From: Candidatus Azambacteria bacterium
GTDB lineage: Bacteria; Patescibacteriota; Minisyncoccia; GWC2-36-17; WO2-46-25
Assembly: GCA_016234725.1 (NCBI GenBank)
Contig: JACRAK010000005.1
Location: 1 to 62,901, forward strand
Reading direction: 5' to 3'
DNA length: 62,901 nucleotides
The notes under the pieces: generated by a model
What the model was told of the DNA's origin: nothing
Seen by the model: the letters and a program-made list of their open reading frames with translations, nothing else
The model's database searches: none
Shown here: one piece after another, positions 59,766 through 62,901 of the stretch
Position numbering within the stretch: position 1 is the first letter of the stretch
How the letters are laid out: each line of letters begins with the position of its first letter
Position numbers and translations under genes: made by a program

Positions 59766-60329
59766 CTATAATTCTCTAACCCCTCCAATATATTCCAATC
59801 CGCCATCTTGATTGAAAGTTCCGTCGATCATATGTGTGTTCTCACCATTTTTATCAAAAAAGAAAATCTTGGATTTATAATACTTTTTTCCTTCGGGAGA
59901 AACCATATACAAATCTACATGATTTTCCACTTTAAACGCGGATTCGAAGGCTCGTTCTACAGCTTCATGTTCTGCCCAACCGCTGTATAAAAATTTATCA
60001 TTGCCGCTTGCTACTCTTTGATCTCCTTTGTATATCTTTGAGTTTTTAACGGAATCCATCAAAGTATGAGCGAAATTAGCCGCGGCTTCAATTCCGGGAT
60101 CTCTTTCAGGGTTGTTGTATTCCGTTTCAAGTCTAGGATCTAAAATCACATCAATGTCAGGATAGGGCCCATATTCCCGTCCCGCTTCAAATGTTACCTC
60201 CCTTTCCTCGCTTTGTTCTTTTTGATCGCCCCACATCGTCTCATCCGCTCTCTCATTTTGTATAGCATCGGCCATTTCCTGTGCTTTCACCGTCTCCTCC
60301 GCTGATGGCTCATAGTGTTCTTTTGGCAT
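59766..60329 (-). CDS. Hypothetical acidic protein (187 aa)
   Basis: ATG-initiated ORF in an AT-richer segment, with a terminator downstream. No recognisable motif. Confidence 0.5.
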   Translation of the reverse strand: MPKEHYEPSAEETVKAQEMADAIQNERADETMWGDQKEQSEEREVTFEAGREYGPYPDIDVILDPRLETEYNNPERDPGIEAAANFAHTLMDSVKNSKIYKGDQRVASGNDKFLYSGWAEHEAVERAFESAFKVENHVDLYMVSPEGKKYYKSKIFFFDKNGENTHMIDGTFNQDGGLEYIGGVREL

Positions 60330-60447
60330 ACATTTTATTCCTTAAACAATTACTATTTATGCCATTATTGTACCCCCCCCCCGATAAAAGGCGTCAAGGA
60401 AACAACTCACTCTTGCCAGGGTAAAAAAACAAGGGTACTATAAAATC

Positions 60448-60702
60448 ATGAGAAAAATGCATAAAATATCGTCGTATTTCGCTGTTTTTGAACCGACTGA
60501 AAAAGATGGCTTTACGGTTTCATTCCCTGATTTCCCGGGATGTGTGACGTTCGGCAAAAATTTTGAGGAAGCAAAAAAAATGGCCAAAGAAATTTTGGAA
60601 TTATGGCTTGAGGAACTCGCCTCTCAAAAACAGCGGATCCCGTTAAAAACATTCCGCCCGATCATCGATGAAATACGGGTCGCCCTTCCGTCAAAAAGAT
60701 AA
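60448..60702 (+). CDS. hicB: HicB-family antitoxin
   Basis: YFAVFEPTEKDGFTVSFPDFPGCVTFGKNFEEAKKMAKEILELWLE (UPF0150/HicB fold signature). Confidence 0.75.
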   Translation: MRKMHKISSYFAVFEPTEKDGFTVSFPDFPGCVTFGKNFEEAKKMAKEILELWLEELASQKQRIPLKTFRPIIDEIRVALPSKR

Positions 60703-60719
60703 GCGCGCATCCGCTTTTC

Positions 60720-60932
60720 ATGAGATCTTTGACTGCCAAAAAATTGATAAAAATCCTTGAAAGACATGGCTTTATTTTCTCGAGACAAAAAGGCAGTCAT
60801 ATGATCTGGAAAAACATTGTGTCCGGCATTATTGTTCCTGTGCCTCTGCATGGAAAATCAAAACCAATTCCCATCGGAACATTACTTGCCATTATCAAAC
60901 AATCAAAAATACCAAAAGAAAAATTTAAATAA
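60720..60932 (+). CDS. hicA: HicA-family mRNA interferase toxin
   Basis: LTAKKLIKILERHGFIFSRQKGSHMIWKN. 70 aa. Confidence 0.8.
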   Translation: MRSLTAKKLIKILERHGFIFSRQKGSHMIWKNIVSGIIVPVPLHGKSKPIPIGTLLAIIKQSKIPKEKFK

Positions 60933-60997
60933 CTTCTCTGCATATTCCGTAACAAAAACATCCGTCTGGGTGTTTTTGTTTGTGTTACGGGATTACG

Positions 60998-61324
60998 CTA
61001 TACTAAATCCTTTTTCTTCGCTTCGAACTCTTCTTTATTGATCTCTCCTTTCGCGTAGCGCTCTTTGAGAATGTCGAGCGGGGACTTCTCGTGCCCATGC
61101 GTCCCTTTTGTCTGACCGGCAACCCACTTCACCAGCGCAACGATCGCTACAATGATGATCGCCCACCATATCAGCATGAACAGGCCGCCGAACAAACCGC
61201 CGCCAAACCCTCCAGACATCATGCCGCCATCATACCCCCAGCCCATCATATTGGCGGACGCATATCCCGCCACGCCCAGCACGCCGAGCATCGCATACAC
61301 TGCGATCATAAATTTAATGGTCAT
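60998..61324 (-). CDS. SHOCT-domain small membrane protein
   Basis: Gly-rich TM region plus C-terminal [25 protein letters not shown] (SHOCT). Start taken at the ATG at 61324. Confidence 0.65.
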   Translation of the reverse strand: MTIKFMIAVYAMLGVLGVAGYASANMMGWGYDGGMMSGGFGGGLFGGLFMLIWWAIIIVAIVALVKWVAGQTKGTHGHEKSPLDILKERYAKGEINKEEFEAKKKDLV

Positions 61325-61368
61325 ATATGTAATTACTCTTGCATTACGAAACCACACCATGTTCTTGT

Positions 61369-61480
61369 GCCGACCATCACTTGCAATCTTTCTTTTATCT
61401 TAACGAAAGCGCAGCCCTTCATTATTATTCTTATAAAAGGGCGTGAGTGGATTAAAGAAAGATTGCAAGTGATGGTCGGC
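61369..61480. repeat. Conserved-core long hairpin element, copy D (core oriented as in B)
   Basis: 24 bp perfect stem gccgaccatcacttgcaatctttc / gaaagattgcaagtgatggtcggc. Confidence 0.75.
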
Positions 61481-61522
61481 AATAACCAACATAAATATAT
61501 TTCGTAATGCAAGGAAATCGAT

Positions 61523-61563
61523 TAAAAAAGCAACACGCAACCTTATGCAAAAGGTTGCGTGTT
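61523..61563 (-). terminator. Rho-independent terminator after the HU gene
   Basis: Minus strand AACACGCAACCTT-ttgcat-AAGGTTGCGTGTT followed by GCTTTTTTAAT. Confidence 0.65.
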
Positions 61564-61585
61564 CGTTCGATCAAATATCGTAAAT

Positions 61586-61864
61586 TTATTTCTTCACGGA
61601 ATCCTTCAACCCTTTGCCAGCTTTGAATTTTGGCACCTTGGTTGCGGCGATCTGGATCTTTTCCCCTGTCTTCGGGTTTACGCCCTGGCGTGCAGCTCGG
61701 GCCTTCACACAAAATGTGCCGAAACCGGAGATCGCCACTTCGTCACCCTTGGACAATGCGCCTTGGATGGTGCTAAACACCGCGTCCACTGCGTCTTGTG
61801 CCGCCTTTTTTGTCTCCAACCCCGCCTTTGAAAGCACTGACTCTACTAATGCGTCTTTATTCAT
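61586..61864 (-). CDS. hup: HU-family DNA-binding protein
   Basis: MNKDALVESVLSKAGLETKKAAQDAVDAVFSTIQGALSKGDEVAISGFGTF...RQGVNPKTGEKIQI. The ORF-track N-terminal extension is rejected. Confidence 0.9.
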   Translation of the reverse strand: MNKDALVESVLSKAGLETKKAAQDAVDAVFSTIQGALSKGDEVAISGFGTFCVKARAARQGVNPKTGEKIQIAATKVPKFKAGKGLKDSVKK

Positions 61865-61979
61865 ATATTTGATTAAAACGTTAGCTACAAAACGACCTTT
61901 AAAAAATAAAATAATGATTACTTCTATAGTATACCAAAGAAACATAAGCAATACAAGGGTTTTTAAGGAAAGCCGAAAG

Positions 61980-62012
61980 AAAAAAGCGGGGACCGATGTC
62001 CCCGCTTTTTTG
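61980..62012. terminator. Bidirectional Rho-independent terminator
   Basis: AAAAAGCGGGGA-ccgatg-TCCCCGCTTTTTT. Confidence 0.65.
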
Positions 62013-62231
62013 TGTATCCCCATTATTAGGAGTACACGATGGGATAATATGCGTCCTTCCTTTGGGAAGGACAAGGCGGTGGGCAGTACAAACGCACAGG
62101 AATTATCGTGCTTTCCACCAGAAAACAGATGATTCCCTCGCGGATAACGTCGTGCCTCTTTGGCTCCTTGATCTCGTCTTTGAACGATTCCAGATGCTGT
62201 GCCATAACCCACCTCCTTTTTGCAGTAAAAG

Positions 62232-62648
62232 TCAGGGGGATGCTTTTTTTCTCGGACGGACCATTTTTCCGCCCTGATGGTACGTAACCTTTACGTACGC
62301 CTTTCTTAAAAGAGGTGATGAGAAGCTCGGCTGTGCGAAACCCTCGTCCGTAGCCGCCATTATTGTATGAAATGGCGTGAGATCCTGCGGCGCGGGACGG
62401 AAACAGTACCGCTCGCTCTTTTCTTCCTCTTCGAATTCCTCTGACAGCACGGGACTGCGCCTCGCGTCGATAATGGACTCCATGTCCATTGCCTGCGCCG
62501 GCATCTCCTCGATCGGGACATACCCTTTACGGTATGGCCCTCCCATTTCCCGCTCTTCCTCTTCCGCTACTTCCGGGAATAGATCCTCGAAAAGCATCTC
62601 CGCCATCGAACGTAGGTCATTGTTGGACAATCTCGCGTCTCCTCCCAT
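62232..62648 (-). CDS. Hypothetical acidic protein (138 aa)
   Basis: ATG-initiated ORF with a terminator downstream. No recognisable motif. Confidence 0.45.
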   Translation of the reverse strand: MGGDARLSNNDLRSMAEMLFEDLFPEVAEEEEREMGGPYRKGYVPIEEMPAQAMDMESIIDARRSPVLSEEFEEEEKSERYCFRPAPQDLTPFHTIMAATDEGFAQPSFSSPLLRKAYVKVTYHQGGKMVRPRKKASP

Positions 62649-62769
62649 TGCTCTCCTCCTTTAGTTTAGCGTTTGGGTTGGTGCATCTCCTCGCTATCGC
62701 CTCTATATGTAAATGAACTGCATTACAACACCATACTAAACTAAAAAGTCAAATAACACAACGGTACAT

Positions 62770-62901
62770 TCAAGGATATATCGCAACACCCGTCTTCTGA
62801 TAAAATACCTCAACGGGACTGAATCCGCAATGACGCTTGCGCGGTCTGGTGTTGATGAGATATTCCGCCTGAGCAATTTCCTCGTCCGATACATCATCCC
62901 A
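62770..62901 (-). mobile_element. IS30-family transposase, C-terminal fragment (continues beyond the window)
   Basis: Reverse frame from the window end: WDDVSDEEIAQAEYLINTRPRKRHCGFSPVEVFYQKTGVAIYP*. This resembles the conserved LNxRPRKxLxxxTPxExF tail of IS30 transposases. Confidence 0.6.

Noticed and set aside
61865-62212. N-terminal extension of the HU ORF (208 aa in the track).
   Set aside because: HU proteins are about 90 aa, and the canonical MNKDALV start is at 61864. The extension also crosses a strong bidirectional terminator at 61980-62012.

Overview
This is a 62.9 kb bacterial chromosome fragment. The gene content looks like Patescibacteria/CPR: a secretin-less type IV pilus locus, a GT3/GH57 glycogen cluster, a short ValRS, and no respiratory chain. 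That placement is an inference. The window holds 9 tRNA genes, about 65 supportable CDS, and four dispersed repeat or structured-element families.

Main blocks:
- 1-10.6 kb: housekeeping genes (tsaD, valS, PrsW, Hsp20, VanW) and a DUF4258/DUF2283 toxin-antitoxin pair.
- 10.6-18.3 kb: a PilC paralog and a glycogen metabolism cluster.
- 18.3-22.2 kb: envelope and secreted proteins, a cupredoxin and a response regulator.
- 22.7-35.0 kb: a type IV pilus locus (pilB, pilC, four minor-pilin-like genes including an 875-897 aa adhesin, pilM/N/O, plus a histidine kinase and a response regulator).
- 36.0-50.0 kb: an F1Fo ATP synthase operon.
- 50.9-54.4 kb: an AT-richer array of small ORFs punctuated by hairpins.
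- 54.5-62.9 kb: a Cys-rich repeat protein, VKOR, HicAB, HU and an IS30 fragment.

Most notable observations:
1. A six-gene complex-I / group-4-hydrogenase-like module sits inside the ATP synthase operon, between atpG and atpD. Every canonical Fe-S and NiFe cysteine ligand in it is substituted.
2. Four tRNA genes are each followed by a conserved structured element. Its 5' end is the reverse complement of that tRNA's T-loop, and its 3' end is a direct copy of that tRNA's 3' end.
3. A family of about 110 nt hairpins has a conserved asymmetric core that occurs in both orientations. The outer stems are locus-specific and almost perfectly paired (23-24 bp).
4. Palindromic modules with 7-nt periodicity lie at pilus gene junctions and encode the pilin leader peptides.
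5. A small-ORF array resembles a gene-cassette array. It is driven by a consensus promoter with a palindromic operator and includes a 21 aa peptide with six cysteines.
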